Origin: an uncultured delta proteobacterium
Lineage (GTDB): Bacteria > Myxococcota > Myxococcia > SLRQ01
Length of the DNA: 64,000 nt
Assembly: GCA_963727485.1 (NCBI GenBank)
Contig: CAVSGM010000002.1
Span: 1,344,001-1,408,000, forward strand
Direction: 5' to 3'
Both the position numbers and the translations under genes were made by a program. The stretch's first letter is position 1. Every line of letters starts with the position of its first letter. Under the pieces are notes generated by a model that saw only the letters and a list, made by a program, of their open reading frames with translations, was not told where the DNA came from and made no database searches. Below are positions 31,496 to 42,649 of the stretch, one piece after another.

Positions 31496-32532
31496 GCCGC
31501 GTCCTCCACCGCGGACCGGGCGAGCGCCCCCTCGAGGCGGGCGACGATCCGGGCCCGGGCGTCGTCGGGGCCGGCGATCACCGCCCCCTCGCCGAGGCCG
31601 AGGACGTGGGAGACCAGGGCGTCGAGGTGGCGCACCGGGACCGCCACCGTGGCCGAGCCGTCCGCCTCGGGGGAGACCCGGGCGCGGTCGCCGAAGAGGG
31701 CCCGGGCGGAGAAGGCCAGGTGGGGGGCGAGGCGCACGGTCACCTCCCGGGGCGGCTCCAGGGCCACCTCCCAGGGGCGTTGCCGGGCGAGGGCCGGGAG
31801 GTCGAGGTCCGCCGGGAGGTCGTAGTCGGCCTGCCGGGGCTTGGCGGGGTTCACGGCCAGGGCGGCGATGCGGTCGAGGTGGAAGGTGCGCGGGGCGCCG
31901 CGGAGGTGGCAGTGCCCGTGGAGGCACCAGGTGCCGTCCCGGAGGAAGAGGCCCCAGGGATCGACGTCGCGCTCGGTGGCCTCGTCCCGGTAGAGGCCCC
32001 GGTAGGTGAGGTGGACCCGCTTGCGCCGGGCCAGGGCGTCCCGGAGGGTGCCGAAGGCCGCGCCCACCTGCGCCGGGTCCCCGGCGAGGCCCGCGTCGAC
32101 CAGGAGGTGGCGGGCGACGGGCGCCTCGGTGGCGCCGGTCTCCTCGGCGGCGAAGCCGATCTTCTCCAGGGCCCGGCCCACCTCGGCGGCCCAGGGGAAG
32201 CCCTCCATGGCCCGGGCGGCGGCGCCGGCGACCGAGAGGAGGCCGAGCTCCTCGGGGGTAAGCTCGAGGCGCGGGAGGAAGTAGGCCTCCTGGGGGATGC
32301 GGTAGCCGCCCTCCACCGCGTCGGGGCCCGCGTCGGGATCGGGGTCGACGAAGGTGAGCGGCATGCCCAGGTCGAGGAGGTCGGCCTTGTCCCGCTCGAA
32401 CTTCCTGGCCGCGGCCTCGGCGCTGATCCCCGCGTAGTCGGGGAAGTGGTCGCGGATGGCGCGGAAGGGCACCGGCCGGTCGGCGTTGACCAGGAGGGTC
32501 ACCAGGTCGAGGAGGCGCTCGGCGCGGTCCAT
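31492..32532 (-). CDS. pafB: WYL-domain transcriptional regulator, PafB-like
   Basis: AERLLDLVTLL, RKFERDKADLLDLG (PafB-type), GYRI...YFLPRLELTPEE, RDVDPWGL...RTFHLDRI. Confidence 0.85.
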   Translation of the reverse strand: MDRAERLLDLVTLLVNADRPVPFRAIRDHFPDYAGISAEAAARKFERDKADLLDLGMPLTFVDPDPDAGPDAVEGGYRIPQEAYFLPRLELTPEELGLLSVAGAAARAMEGFPWAAEVGRALEKIGFAAEETGATEAPVARHLLVDAGLAGDPAQVGAAFGTLRDALARRKRVHLTYRGLYRDEATERDVDPWGLFLRDGTWCLHGHCHLRGAPRTFHLDRIAALAVNPAKPRQADYDLPADLDLPALARQRPWEVALEPPREVTVRLAPHLAFSARALFGDRARVSPEADGSATVAVPVRHLDALVSHVLGLGEGAVIAGPDDARARIVARLEGALARSAVEDAA

Positions 32533-32604
32533 GGGCGACCGGTGGTAGCACGGCGGGCCCCGGCCCGCCAAGGGCCCGGCGCGCGCGGCCGGGGCGCCGA
32601 GGGG

Positions 32605-33459
32605 TCAGCGGCCCAGCAGCCCGTCGACGATCTCGGTGCCGGTGAACCGGTGGCCCCGGCGCACCAGCTTCGCGCCGAAGCTGTAGAGGTCGTAGCCGTA
32701 GTGCCGGCGCCCGTCGGGGCCCCGGCTCCCCTTCGCGGTCCCCTGGCACCGCAGGCGCACGCCGAGGTGCCGCCGGTCGAGGGGCCCGCCGGCGCCGTGG
32801 AGGTGCCCGTGGAGGACGAAGTCGACCCCGAGCTCGGCGCAGGCGGCGAGCAGCGCCTCCCCGCCCTCGAGGCCCTCGGGGACGGTGCGGCCGAGGCGCG
32901 CCGAGGGGCCCACCGGGAGCGGGTCCGGGTGGTGGTGGACGGCGACCAGGCGCCGGCCCCGCGCGCCCCGGAGGAGCCGGGCGAGGGCGACGAGGTCCGC
33001 GGGCCGCACCCGGCCGGCGACCCGGTGCTCGGGGGCCGCGGTGCACAGGGCCACCAGGGTCAGGGGGCCCAGGCGCTTTCGCACCGGGTGGCCGAGGCCC
33101 AGGGCGCCGCCGCCGGGCAGGCCCCGGTTCACCTCGGCGAAGGTGTCGAGGAAGGCGTCGAGGGCGCGGCGCCGGCTGGCCGGGGTCGACCGGGCGCCCG
33201 GGTCGCCGGCGAGGTCGTGGTTCCCCGGGAGGACGGTGGCCCGGGCCGGGGACAGGAGCCCGTGGAGGCGCAGGAGCCGGACCACCGTGGCCCGGGCCCT
33301 CGGGTCCGGGCGGTCGACGACGTCGCCGGTGAGGAGGACGTGGTCGGCCCCCCGGGCCACCGCGTCCCCGAGGAGGAAGTCGAGGACGGCCCCGGACCCG
33401 CGCCCGTCGAGGGCGAGGTGGGGATCGGAGAGGTGGGCCAGGCGGTAGATGGCGGCCAT
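32605..33459 (-). CDS. Metallophosphoesterase (calcineurin-like)
   Basis: HLSDPH, TGDVVD, PGNHD, VHHHP, LHGHLH. Confidence 0.88.
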   Translation of the reverse strand: MAAIYRLAHLSDPHLALDGRGSGAVLDFLLGDAVARGADHVLLTGDVVDRPDPRARATVVRLLRLHGLLSPARATVLPGNHDLAGDPGARSTPASRRRALDAFLDTFAEVNRGLPGGGALGLGHPVRKRLGPLTLVALCTAAPEHRVAGRVRPADLVALARLLRGARGRRLVAVHHHPDPLPVGPSARLGRTVPEGLEGGEALLAACAELGVDFVLHGHLHGAGGPLDRRHLGVRLRCQGTAKGSRGPDGRRHYGYDLYSFGAKLVRRGHRFTGTEIVDGLLGR

Positions 33460-33525
33460 GCTAGTCCCCGGGGCGCCCGGGCACACCCGGGGGCCCGGGC
33501 CGCGGGGCGTCCGCCGGGCGGGCGC

Positions 33526-33963
33526 TCAGGCGCCGGAGAGGAACGCGCGCCAGCTCCCGCTCTCGACCCGGCGGCCCCGGGCCTTCACCTCGGCCTCGCC
33601 GGGGCCGGGGCAGGCGTAGATCCAGCACCGGGCCCCGCCGCCGTCGGCGAGGCGCACCGGGGTGGCCACCCGCACGTAGAGGCCGTCGTCGCCGAGGTCC
33701 GGGCCGGCGCCCTCGTACTCGTCGAGGGCGACGAGGGCGGTGGCGGGATCGACGAGGCGGATGATCTCGCCCTGGACCCGGCCGTCCCCGTCCCCGGCGC
33801 TGGCGCCGGCGAGGATGAGCGTCGGGTAGCCCTCGGGGAGGTGGTAGAGCGCGCCGGCGACCGAGCCCTCGCCCACCGCCTCGAAGAAGCGACGGAAGGG
33901 CTGCCGGGCCGCGTTCCCGGTGAGCAGCGAGCCGTAGACGAAGAGGAGATCGAGCGTCTGCAT
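33526..33963 (-). CDS. Gamma-glutamylcyclotransferase (AIG2-like) family protein
   Basis: LFVYGSLL, GYP, LDEYEG, CWIY, SGSW. Confidence 0.88.
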   Translation of the reverse strand: MQTLDLLFVYGSLLTGNAARQPFRRFFEAVGEGSVAGALYHLPEGYPTLILAGASAGDGDGRVQGEIIRLVDPATALVALDEYEGAGPDLGDDGLYVRVATPVRLADGGGARCWIYACPGPGEAEVKARGRRVESGSWRAFLSGA

Positions 33964-34053
33964 GGGGTCCCCCGACCCTCGGGCGCAGGGTCTACCATGG
34001 GCCCGGTGGAGGCGCCTACCACCCGACCATGGGAGAGCGGGTAGGATGGGCCC

Positions 34054-35466
34054 ATGTCCGCGCCCTGGCGCCGCTACCGCCTGGAGACCCTGGGCTGCAA
34101 GGCCAACCACTATGACGGCCTCGAGCTCGAGGCCGCCCTGAAGGCCCGGGGCTTCGTCGCCGCCGGCCACGGGGAGCCGGTGGACCTCTGCGTGGTCCAC
34201 GGGTGCACGGTGACCGCCGCCGCCGACCGCAGCGGCCGGCGCCTGGTGGCGGCCCTGCGCCGGCGCCACCCCCGAGCGCGGGTGGTGGTCGCCGGGTGCC
34301 CGGTGGAGGCGGGGACCGCCGCGGGGTACCGGGCCCACCACCTCCTGGGCCACCGGGGCAAGGCCGAGGCGGCGGCGCACCTGGAGCGTGCCCTCGCCGG
34401 CCCCGCCCCGGCCCCGGACGCCCCCGCCGCGCGCCTCGATCCCCCGGACGCCCCCTGGCCCGAGCCCACCGCGCCGAAGGCCGCCTTGGCCCCGAGCGCC
34501 GGGGCGCCCGGCGCGGGGGACGCAAGAGTCAGCGGAGGTACCCGGGCCCTGCTGCGGGTCCAGGAGGGCTGCGACGCCCACTGCACCTACTGCGTGATCC
34601 CCGCGGCCCGGGGCCCGGGCAGGAGCCTGCGCCCGGGGGCGGCGGTGGCGGCGGTGCGCCGGCTGGTCGCCGCCGGGGCCCGGGAGGTGGTCCTCACCGG
34701 CACCCGCCTCGGCGACTACGGCGTGGACCTCGGCGGCGAGCCCCTCCTGGAGACGCTCATCGACCGGATCCTCACCGCGACCTCGCTCCCCCGGCTGCGC
34801 CTCGGGTCCCTGGATCCCACCGAGGTGACCCCGGGCCTCCTCGACCGCCTCGCCGGCGACCCGAGGCTCTGCCCCCACGTCCACCTCTCGGTGCAGAGCC
34901 CGGACCCGGCGGTGCTCAAGGCCATGGGCCGCCGCTACCGGGACGCCGAGCTCGAGACCTGCCTCGAGGCCCTCGCCGCCCTCGAGGCGCCTTTGGGCGG
35001 GGTCTACGTGGGGGTCGACGTGATCACGGGCTTCCCCGGGGAGACCCCAAGGATCTTCGAGGCGACGGTGGCGCGCCTCGCGGCGCTGCCCTGGACCCGC
35101 CTCCACGTCTTCCCCTTCAGCCCCCGGCCGGGGACCGCCGCCCCCCGCCTCGCCGGGGCCGTGGACGAGGCCACCCGCAGGGCCCGGGCCCGTCGCCTGC
35201 GCGCCCTCTCGCTCGATCGGGTGGCCGCCCGCTACCAGGCGGTCCTCGACCGCTGCCGGTGCACCGGCGAGACCGTCGACGGAGTCCTCCTCGAGGCGGC
35301 GGATCCCCGGCACCCGGGGCGCCTGGGCCACAGCCCCGGCTACCTGCGCTGCCAGGTCCCGGACGCCGGGTCGCTCCCCCGGGGCGCCGTGGTCCGGGTG
35401 CGCCCCCGGGCGGTGGAGGTGGACGCCCGCGCCGGGGACGCGGTGCTGGTGGGCGCCCTCGCCTGA
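34054..35466 (+). CDS. mtaB: MtaB-like radical SAM tRNA methylthiotransferase
   Basis: TLGCKAN, CTVT, RVQEGCDAHCTYC, DVITGFPGET, LHVFPFSPRPGT. Confidence 0.8.
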   Translation: MSAPWRRYRLETLGCKANHYDGLELEAALKARGFVAAGHGEPVDLCVVHGCTVTAAADRSGRRLVAALRRRHPRARVVVAGCPVEAGTAAGYRAHHLLGHRGKAEAAAHLERALAGPAPAPDAPAARLDPPDAPWPEPTAPKAALAPSAGAPGAGDARVSGGTRALLRVQEGCDAHCTYCVIPAARGPGRSLRPGAAVAAVRRLVAAGAREVVLTGTRLGDYGVDLGGEPLLETLIDRILTATSLPRLRLGSLDPTEVTPGLLDRLAGDPRLCPHVHLSVQSPDPAVLKAMGRRYRDAELETCLEALAALEAPLGGVYVGVDVITGFPGETPRIFEATVARLAALPWTRLHVFPFSPRPGTAAPRLAGAVDEATRRARARRLRALSLDRVAARYQAVLDRCRCTGETVDGVLLEAADPRHPGRLGHSPGYLRCQVPDAGSLPRGAVVRVRPRAVEVDARAGDAVLVGALA

Positions 35467-35469
35467 GCC

Positions 35470-38400
35470 TCAGGCCCGGTCGCCCAAGCCACCGTCGCCG
35501 GCCGACCCGCCCCCGCCGCGCGCCGCCCCCGCCGTCGCTGCCATCGCTGCCGTCGCGATCGCCATCGCCGTCGCCGTCGCCGTGGCAGAGGCGGAGGTAG
35601 CCGCAGCCGAGGGCCTCGCAGGTGGCGCGCGGGTGACCCTCGAAGACCCCCCGGGCCCGGCTCTCGAGGAGCTGGCCACCGAGGCGCGCGACCCGGGCCA
35701 CCACCGCGTCGGGGGAGGCGGGCTGGTCGAGCCACTGGGGTCCGGCGCCGGCGGGGCCCTCGAGGAACTGGATCCCCAGGCGCAGCGGCGGCGCGTCGGC
35801 ACCCGCACCCGCCCGGCCCTCGGCGGCGGCGGCGCCGTAGCACTCGAGCTGGAACCGGTAGGCCTCGGGGCCGTCGCGGCGCGGGCGGGTGAGCTTGTAG
35901 TCGACCACCTCCACCGCGTCGTCGCGCTGGACCAGCAGGTCGATCTGGCCCTTGACGTGGACCACCAGCCCCGCGTCCCCCTCGGCGGCGAGGAGAAACG
36001 GCACCTCCCGGCCCACCGCCCCCGGGGGCAGGGCCCGGAGCCCGGCGCCGTAGCCCGAGGCGAGGAAGCGCTCGGCCGCGTCGACGAGCTCGGACTGCCG
36101 GACGGGGTCGACCCCGGCCACCGGGGCGATGGCCTCGAGGTGGGCGCGGCCCCCGGCGGCGAAGGCGTCGAGGTCGGCGTGCTCGAGGAGGGCGTGGACC
36201 AGGGACCCCCGGCGCCTGGGGTCGCCCACCGGGCCTGGGCGGTCGGCGTCGGCCACCGGGTCCTCGAGGGGGATGCGCGCCCGGGGGTGCTCCTCGAGGC
36301 CGAGGAGGAACGCCGCCCGGTAGCGCCGGGGGCACTCGTCGAAGGTCTGGAGCGCGGTCACCGGGAGGAACACCCGGCGCACCGGGAGCTGGGTGAGCGG
36401 CGCCACCCGGGCCACCGCCGCCGCGGCCTCGGCCGGGGAGTAGAGCGCCACCCGGGCCTTGGGATTGGGGAGGACCGACGGGGCGCGGAGGGTCTCGAAG
36501 GGCCGGCGGGCGACGCCGGCGCCGGCGTCGAGGGCGGCGTCGCAGAGGCGCCGCTCGCAGGTCTTGGGGACGGTCGCCGCCTCGCCGGCGAGGAGGATCC
36601 GCCGCTTGGCCCGGGTCAGCGCCACGTAGAAGAGCCGCGCCCGCTCGGCGGCCTCCCGGTCGTTGGCGCGCTGCTTCGCCTCGTCGAAGCGCCCGGCGGG
36701 GACCAGGGTGCCGTCGGGGCCCGGGGCCTTGAGGCAGGGCCCGAGGTCGGGGTCGAGGCGGAGGGGATCGCCGTGGCCCCGGGGCTTGCGGGCCAGGCCC
36801 CCCAGCGCCACCACCGGGAACTGGAGCCCCTTGGCCTGGTGGACGGTGAGCACCCGCACCGCCTCGCCCCCGGACTCCTCGACCACCGCCGCGGTCTGCT
36901 CCCGGACCTGCCGCGCCCCCTCGACCCGGTCGGCGAGCTCCCGGGCGAAGGCCTGGAGATCCCCACGGCCGGCGGCCTCCCGGGCCCGGGCGAAGGCGAC
37001 GACCTTGTCGACGTTGGCGACCTTCTGGGCCCCGTCGGGGAGGGCCGCCACCAGCGCCCGGTAGCCGGTCTCCCGGAGCAGGGTCTCGAGGGTGCGGGTG
37101 GGGCCGACCCGGTCGCCGTGGCGCGCCAGCACCCGGTGGAGGGCGGCGAAGCGGGCGAGGGCCGCGGCGTCGGCATCGGCGAGGCCCGCGGGCAACGGGA
37201 CCCGGCCCCAGAGCCACCGGTCGTCGAGGCGCCCGCCCCCCGCCTCGGCGAGGACGGCGAGGCCCGGGTCCGAGAGGGCCAGAAGCGGCGAGCGGAGGAC
37301 CGCAGCGAGGGCCACGGGGTTGCCCGGGTCGACCAGGAGGGTCAGGGCCCGGGCGAGGTCGCGGACCTCCTGGGCGTCGTAGAAGCCCCGGCCCTTGACC
37401 ACGTGGAAGGGCAGCCCGGCGCGGGTCAGCTCCTCGGTCCAGGTGGCGAGGTGGGTGAACACCGGGAGGAGGATGGCGACCTCGCCGTAGCCGGTGCCGT
37501 CGCCGCCCTCGCCGTCGCCGCAGAGCTCGGCGATGCGCCGGGCGACCATCCGCGCCTCGCGCACCGCCGGGGGGAGACCCGGGTAGGCGCTGCCGTCGAA
37601 GAGCTCCACCGCCGGTGACCCGGCGCCCGGGGCGACCCCGGCGCCGTCCCGGCGGCCGCCGTGGTCCCCGTCGCCGCCGTGGTCCCCGTCGCGCCGTCGT
37701 CCCCGTCGCCGCCGTCGTCCCCGTCGCCGCCGCCTCCGGCGCCCGGGGCGGGGATGAGATCGTCGTCGTCGTCGTAGCCGGTGGCCGCCTCCCCGTCGCC
37801 TCCGAGGGCCGCCCGGGCGAGGTGGTTCACGGTGGCCAGCACCGCCGGGGTGGACCGGTAGCTGGTGCGCAGGGCGAGGCGCCGCCCCCCGGCGGCCTCG
37901 AGCGCTTCGGTGAGCGCCTCGAAGACGGTGACGTCGGCGCCCCGGAACCCGTAGATGGACTGCTTGCGGTCGCCGACGATGAACAGGCCGCCGGGCTTCA
38001 GGGCCGCCCCCGGCGCCCCGGCCCGGGCGCCGTCGGCGTCGTCGTCCTCGGCGCGCAGGAGGCGGACGATCTGGGCCTGGACCGGGTCGGTGTCCTGGAA
38101 CTCGTCGACCAGGACCACGTCGTAGCGGCCCTGCACCGCCCGGCGCACCGCCGGGTGGTCGGCGAGGAGGTCCCGGGCGCCGATGAGCAGGTCGCGGAAG
38201 TCGAGGGCGTCCCGGGCGGCCTTGGCCTCGGCGTAGTCGGCGTGGGCCCGGGCGACCACCTCGGCGAGGCCCGCGGCGAGGGCCCGCGCCCCGGGGAGGC
38301 TTTCGGCCGCGGTGGCCGCGGCTCCGGCGGCGGCGGCGGCGGCCTTGGCCGCGTCCTTGAGGTCCTTGATGCCGTCCCGGCTCTGGCGCAGGGGGGCCAA

Positions 38401-39313
38401 GGCCCCGGGGACCGCCGCGGCGACGGCGGCGACCGCGCCCAGGTCCCCGGCGGCGCGGGCGTTCCGGAGCGTCGGTCTCGAGGGCCCGGGCGGCGTCGAG
38501 GGCGCCCCGGGTGTTGGGGTTCACCCAGGGGGCGTCGAAGCCGGCGAGGGCCGTGAGGGCCGAGGCGAAGCCGGCGCCGGCGGCCTCGGCCTCGGCGGCG
38601 AGGTGGGCGGCGTAGGCGTCGTCGGTGAGGTGGGAGCCTTCGAGGAGCGCCGCCGGGGCCACCCCCCGCTCCCCGAGCCAGGTGAGGGTCCGGCGGGCCT
38701 GGGCGACGGCGGTCCCGTAGCCGAAGGCCCGGACCAGGGCCTCGACCCCCGGGTGCGCCTCGGCGAGGGCGGCGCGGACCGCCCGGCGGCAGGCGACCTC
38801 GGCGAGGGCGTGGGCCTCGGTCTCGTCGAGGAGGCCGTAGCCCGGGTCGACCCCGGCGGCCACCGGGTGCCGGCGCAAGAGCCCCCCGGCGAAGCCGTGG
38901 AAGGTGGTGATGGTGGCGTCGGTGAGGCGCCGGGCGATCTCGGCCCACCCGTCCGGGGACGGCGGCGACCACCCGGGGCGCTCGGCCTTCATCCGGGCCA
39001 CCTGGGCGGCCAGCCGCGTGGGGAGCAGGCCCTCGGTGTCGCCGGCGGCCAGGCGCCGGACGGCGTCGCGGACGCGCTCGGCCATCTCTCCGGCGGCCTT
39101 CTCGGTGAAGGTGATGGCGAGGATGCGCTCCGGGGGCACCTCGGGGGTCTCGCGGCCGGTGTCGAGGGCCACCGCCCCGGCGAGGCAGCAGGCGTAGAGG
39201 GTGGTGAGGGTCTCGGTCTTGCCGGTGCCGGCGCTCGCCTGGACCACGGTGTTCCGGTCGAAGCGGAAGAGGGCCGCGTCGAGGGCGTCGCCGGTGAGGG
39301 GGGTGCGGCTCAC
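35470..39313 (-). CDS. addA: AddA-like UvrD helicase/nuclease (frameshifts about 38473 and 37692, probably also about 35520)
   Basis: ASAGTGKT, AITFTEKAA, VDEFQDT, VGDRKQSIYGFRGA, LTVHQAKGLQFP, FYVALTRA, nuclease GQIDLL...VVDYK. The 3' end is uncertain. Confidence 0.88.
37655..37725. repeat. 18-bp tandem repeat x4 inside addA encoding a Gly/Asp linker
   Basis: GCCGCCGT(G/C)GTCCCCGTC copies at 37655, 37673, 37691 (one base short, which is the frameshift) and 37708. Confidence 0.85.
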
Positions 39314-42300
39314 GACCCGCCCTCCTCGTCGGTGCCCGCGGGGACCACCACCCGGCACACGTCGGCGAACTCGCACCAGGTGCAGGCCCCGTCGGTGGGC
39401 CGCGGGCCCAGGTCGCCCCGGCGGGCGGCGGCGAGGAGCGAGGCCACCCGGGCGGCGAGGCCCGGGCGCTCGCCGTTGCCGTCGAGGAGGGCCGGGACGT
39501 CGACGCCGAGGTCCTTCCACTTGCCCCGGGTGCTGGCCAGGGCCTCGGAGACCACCAGGTGGCCAGGCGGGCGATCGCCGAGGGCCACGTAGCCGGCGTC
39601 GAGGTCGGCGCCGGCGAAGCGGGCCCGGGCGGCGGCGAGGTAGGCGGGGAGCTGGAGCTCGGTGTGCCCGAGGACCTCGGGGTAGAGGCGGGGCCGGAGG
39701 CCGGCGGCGCCCCCGGACTTGTAGTCGAGGACCCGCAGCTGGGCCCCCCCGGGCCCGTCGCGGCGGTCGAGGCGGTCGAGGCGTCCCCGGAGGTGGTGGA
39801 CCCGCCCGGGCTCGCCGGGGTCGGGGAGGGCCAGGGCCGGCCACCCGTCGTCGCCGGCGCCGAAGGCGCGCTCGGTGGCCTCGAGGGTCCACCCGGCGTC
39901 GGCCTCGCACTCGGCGTCGACCAGGCGCCCCACCGTCTCCAGGGCGGCGTCGGCCTCGAGGGCGAAGAGGGCCGGGTCGCCGGCGTGGCCGGTCTCGGGC
40001 CAGGTGGCGACCACCCCCCGGGCCGCCGCCTCCGCCGCCTCCCTCGCCGCCTCGCGCCGCGCCGGGGTCAGGGGCAGCAGCCCCGCGCCGTCGAGGGCCA
40101 TCCACGCCCGCTCCAGGCAGGCGTGGAGGAGCTGGCCGCGGCTCATGGGGTCGAGGGTCTCGTCCCGGCGCTCCGGGGCCTCGAGGGCCAGGGCCCGGCC
40201 GGCGAAGGCCTGGAAGCCGCACCGGGCGAGGCGCTCGAGCTGGGTCACCGAGAGGGGCCGGTCGGCGCCGGCGTCGAGGCGGGCGGCCAGGCGCGGGGGC
40301 AGGGGCCCCACCTGACCGGTGTGGGTCCCGGGGGGGCGGTCGGGGTCGAGGAAGAACCCGTGGCGGGCCCGCTCCACGGAGAGCGGCGCCACCAGCCGCC
40401 CGAGGCGCACCCCCCCGGCGGCCAGCGCCGCCTCGACCGAGGCGGGCAGGGGCGCGGGCACCGGGAACGACCCGGGGCGGTCCGGGGGCGCGCCGAAGAT
40501 CCGCCCGGCGAGGGCGACCTCCAGGTCCGCCGGGGTCGCCGCCTGGGGCCGGGTCGGGCCGTCGTCCTTCTCGCCCGGGACCCCGGGGACCGGCGCCAGG
40601 GCCACCTCGGTGCGCGTGAGGCCGAGGCGCGCCTCGACCTCGGCGAGGTAGGGCGAGGCCACGGCCACCCGCCCGGTGTCCGAGGTCCGGGCGAAGGAGA
40701 GGCAGAGGTGCTCGGTGGGCAGGTGGAGGGCGAGGGCGAAGAGGAGCGCCTCCTCGGCCCGGCGGGCCGGGGCGTCGCCCTCGCCCCGGTCGTGGTCGGT
40801 CATCACCGGGAACGCCGGTCGGCCGAGGGCGCGGTTGAGGCGGCGGCGGGTGGCGTCGGGGAGGAGCGGGTCCTCCTCGGCCCGGGCGGGGAAGGCGCCG
40901 TCGGCGAGCCCCATGAGGAAGAGCGCCCGGCACCGCGTCGGGGCCAGGTCCTCGGCGCCCAAGAGGCGCACCGCCCCGCCCCGGAGGGCCGCGGCCCGGA
41001 GGGTGCGGGCGTCGAGGGCGTCGCCGAGCAGCGCCTGGAAGGCGGCGGCCCCGAGCACCCGGTCGGCCTCGCCGAGGCGATCGGCCACCGCCAGGCAGTC
41101 GTCGAGGGCGGCGTCGAGGGCGGCCAGGGCCGCCTCGTCCCGGGCCACCGCCTCGAGGGCGGCGCCGGCCAGCGGCCCGGCCCCCTCGCCGGCGAGGAGC
41201 CGGGCCCCGGTGGCCTGGACCCCGGCCCGCAGCCCCAGGGTGGCCTCGGCGAGGCGGAGGCGGTCGACGTGCTCGGCGACGGTCCCGGCGCGCCCCAGGG
41301 CCGAGAGGGCCGGGAGCACCCGGTCGAGGTGATCGGCGACCTTCAGGCCCTCGGGGTCCGGCGGGGCCCCGGGGCGGCTCGCCGCCGCGGCGGCCTGGCG
41401 CACCGCCCGGACGTAGCCCTCGCCGAGGTCGTCGACGGCCCCGGCCCGGCGCAGCCAGCGGATCACCGCCCGGGCCCCGAGGCCCGCCTCGCCCACCCCC
41501 ACGTAGCGGGAGCCGAAGAGGGCCAGGAGCCCGTCGCGATCGAGGTGCTCGCGGGCGAGGCGCATCAGGTCGAGGAGCAGGCGCACCGGCCCCACCGACT
41601 GCACCGGCCGGCCGCGGCGATCGTCCACCGGGAGGCCCATGTCGGCCAGGGCGTCGACCAGCGCCAGGGCCTCGCCCCCGAGGCGCCGGGCGGCGACCAC
41701 GACGTCCTCGGGGGCCATCCCCGAGGCGACGAGCGCCCGGACCCGGCGGGCCACCTCCCGGGCCTCGGCAGCGGCGTCGGGGGCGGCGACGGTCTCGAGG
41801 CCGGCGAGCCCGGCGGCGCCCCCCGGGGGCGCCTCGGCCTCGGCCCCGGGCGGCGGCGGCGCCGGGAGGAACGCGGCGGCGGCGGCCCCCGGGCCCGGGG
41901 CCCGGCTGCGCCGGTCGGCGGGGAGGTCCTCGGCGAGGTCGACCTGCCCGCCGGCGCCCCCGGCCTCGAAGAGGCGCTTGACCGAGACCAGCCAGGCGAA
42001 CGCCCCGCCCTCGGCCATGATGCCCGGGAGCACCACCCGCACCCCGCCGCCGGTGGCGGCGAGGCGGGAGGCGAGGGCCTCGAGGAGGCGGACGTCGGCG
42101 GCGGTGTAGCGGAAGGTGCCCTCGAGCACCACCAGCACCGGCCCGTCGACCAGGGCCGGGGGCAGGGGGGCGCCGGCGGCCAGGGCGTCGGCGAGGCGGC
42201 CGGGCAGGGAGGCCGCGTCGACCGCCTCGAGGGCGGCCAGCCGCCGCTCCCACCGCTCGAGGAGGTGGCCGAGGCGGGCGCCGTCGGGGCCGGTGGCCAC

Positions 42301-42642
42301 GAGCTGCTCGGGGCGGGCCCCGGCGCCGCGGCAGTCCTGGAGGGCCCGGGCGGCGGCGGCGACCAGCCCCTGGGGGAGCCGGCCCCGGTGGCGCAGGCGC
42401 CCGAGGGCCGGGTCGGCGTCGGCGGCCTCGGCGAGGACCGAGCGCAGCAGGTGCCGCTCGGCCACCGGGGAGAGCGGCGCCACCCCGAGGCGCGCGGCGG
42501 CGAGGAGGTCCTGGTGGAACCTCGCGGCGGCGACGATGTCCCGGCCGTCGAGGACCCGCCCCCCGCGGTCGGCGAGGCGCTCGGCCTGGCGCACCTCCGC
42601 CGAGGCGGTGTCGGGGAGGACCAGGAGTCGGCGCCGTCGCAT
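39310..42642 (-). CDS. addB: AddB-like PD-(D/E)XK nuclease subunit with Fe-S cysteines
   Basis: Degenerate helicase body; LSVTQLERLARCGF, LRGRLDRLD, VLDYKSG, QLPAY, CTWCEFADVC; stop overlaps addA start. Confidence 0.88.
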   Translation of the reverse strand: MRRRRLLVLPDTASAEVRQAERLADRGGRVLDGRDIVAAARFHQDLLAAARLGVAPLSPVAERHLLRSVLAEAADADPALGRLRHRGRLPQGLVAAAARALQDCRGAGARPEQLVATGPDGARLGHLLERWERRLAALEAVDAASLPGRLADALAAGAPLPPALVDGPVLVVLEGTFRYTAADVRLLEALASRLAATGGGVRVVLPGIMAEGGAFAWLVSVKRLFEAGGAGGQVDLAEDLPADRRSRAPGPGAAAAAFLPAPPPPGAEAEAPPGGAAGLAGLETVAAPDAAAEAREVARRVRALVASGMAPEDVVVAARRLGGEALALVDALADMGLPVDDRRGRPVQSVGPVRLLLDLMRLAREHLDRDGLLALFGSRYVGVGEAGLGARAVIRWLRRAGAVDDLGEGYVRAVRQAAAAASRPGAPPDPEGLKVADHLDRVLPALSALGRAGTVAEHVDRLRLAEATLGLRAGVQATGARLLAGEGAGPLAGAALEAVARDEAALAALDAALDDCLAVADRLGEADRVLGAAAFQALLGDALDARTLRAAALRGGAVRLLGAEDLAPTRCRALFLMGLADGAFPARAEEDPLLPDATRRRLNRALGRPAFPVMTDHDRGEGDAPARRAEEALLFALALHLPTEHLCLSFARTSDTGRVAVASPYLAEVEARLGLTRTEVALAPVPGVPGEKDDGPTRPQAATPADLEVALAGRIFGAPPDRPGSFPVPAPLPASVEAALAAGGVRLGRLVAPLSVERARHGFFLDPDRPPGTHTGQVGPLPPRLAARLDAGADRPLSVTQLERLARCGFQAFAGRALALEAPERRDETLDPMSRGQLLHACLERAWMALDGAGLLPLTPARREAAREAAEAAARGVVATWPETGHAGDPALFALEADAALETVGRLVDAECEADAGWTLEATERAFGAGDDGWPALALPDPGEPGRVHHLRGRLDRLDRRDGPGGAQLRVLDYKSGGAAGLRPRLYPEVLGHTELQLPAYLAAARARFAGADLDAGYVALGDRPPGHLVVSEALASTRGKWKDLGVDVPALLDGNGERPGLAARVASLLAAARRGDLGPRPTDGACTWCEFADVCRVVVPAGTDEEGGS

Positions 42643-42649
42643 CACAGGC

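Noticed and set aside
30512..33459. WYL genes plus phosphoesterase as an anti-phage defence island
   Set aside because: The paired PafB/PafC signatures and housekeeping neighbours fit a DNA-damage regulator; no defence effectors recognised.
37655..37725. Short direct repeats as a CRISPR array
   Set aside because: Contiguous 18-bp coding repeats without spacers; no cas genes. The PD-(D/E)XK domains belong to AddAB, not Cas4.
35117..42253. 2378-aa giant ORF
   Set aside because: Chimera of an off-frame Arg/Gly/Pro-rich reading of addB and the in-frame parts of frameshifted addA.
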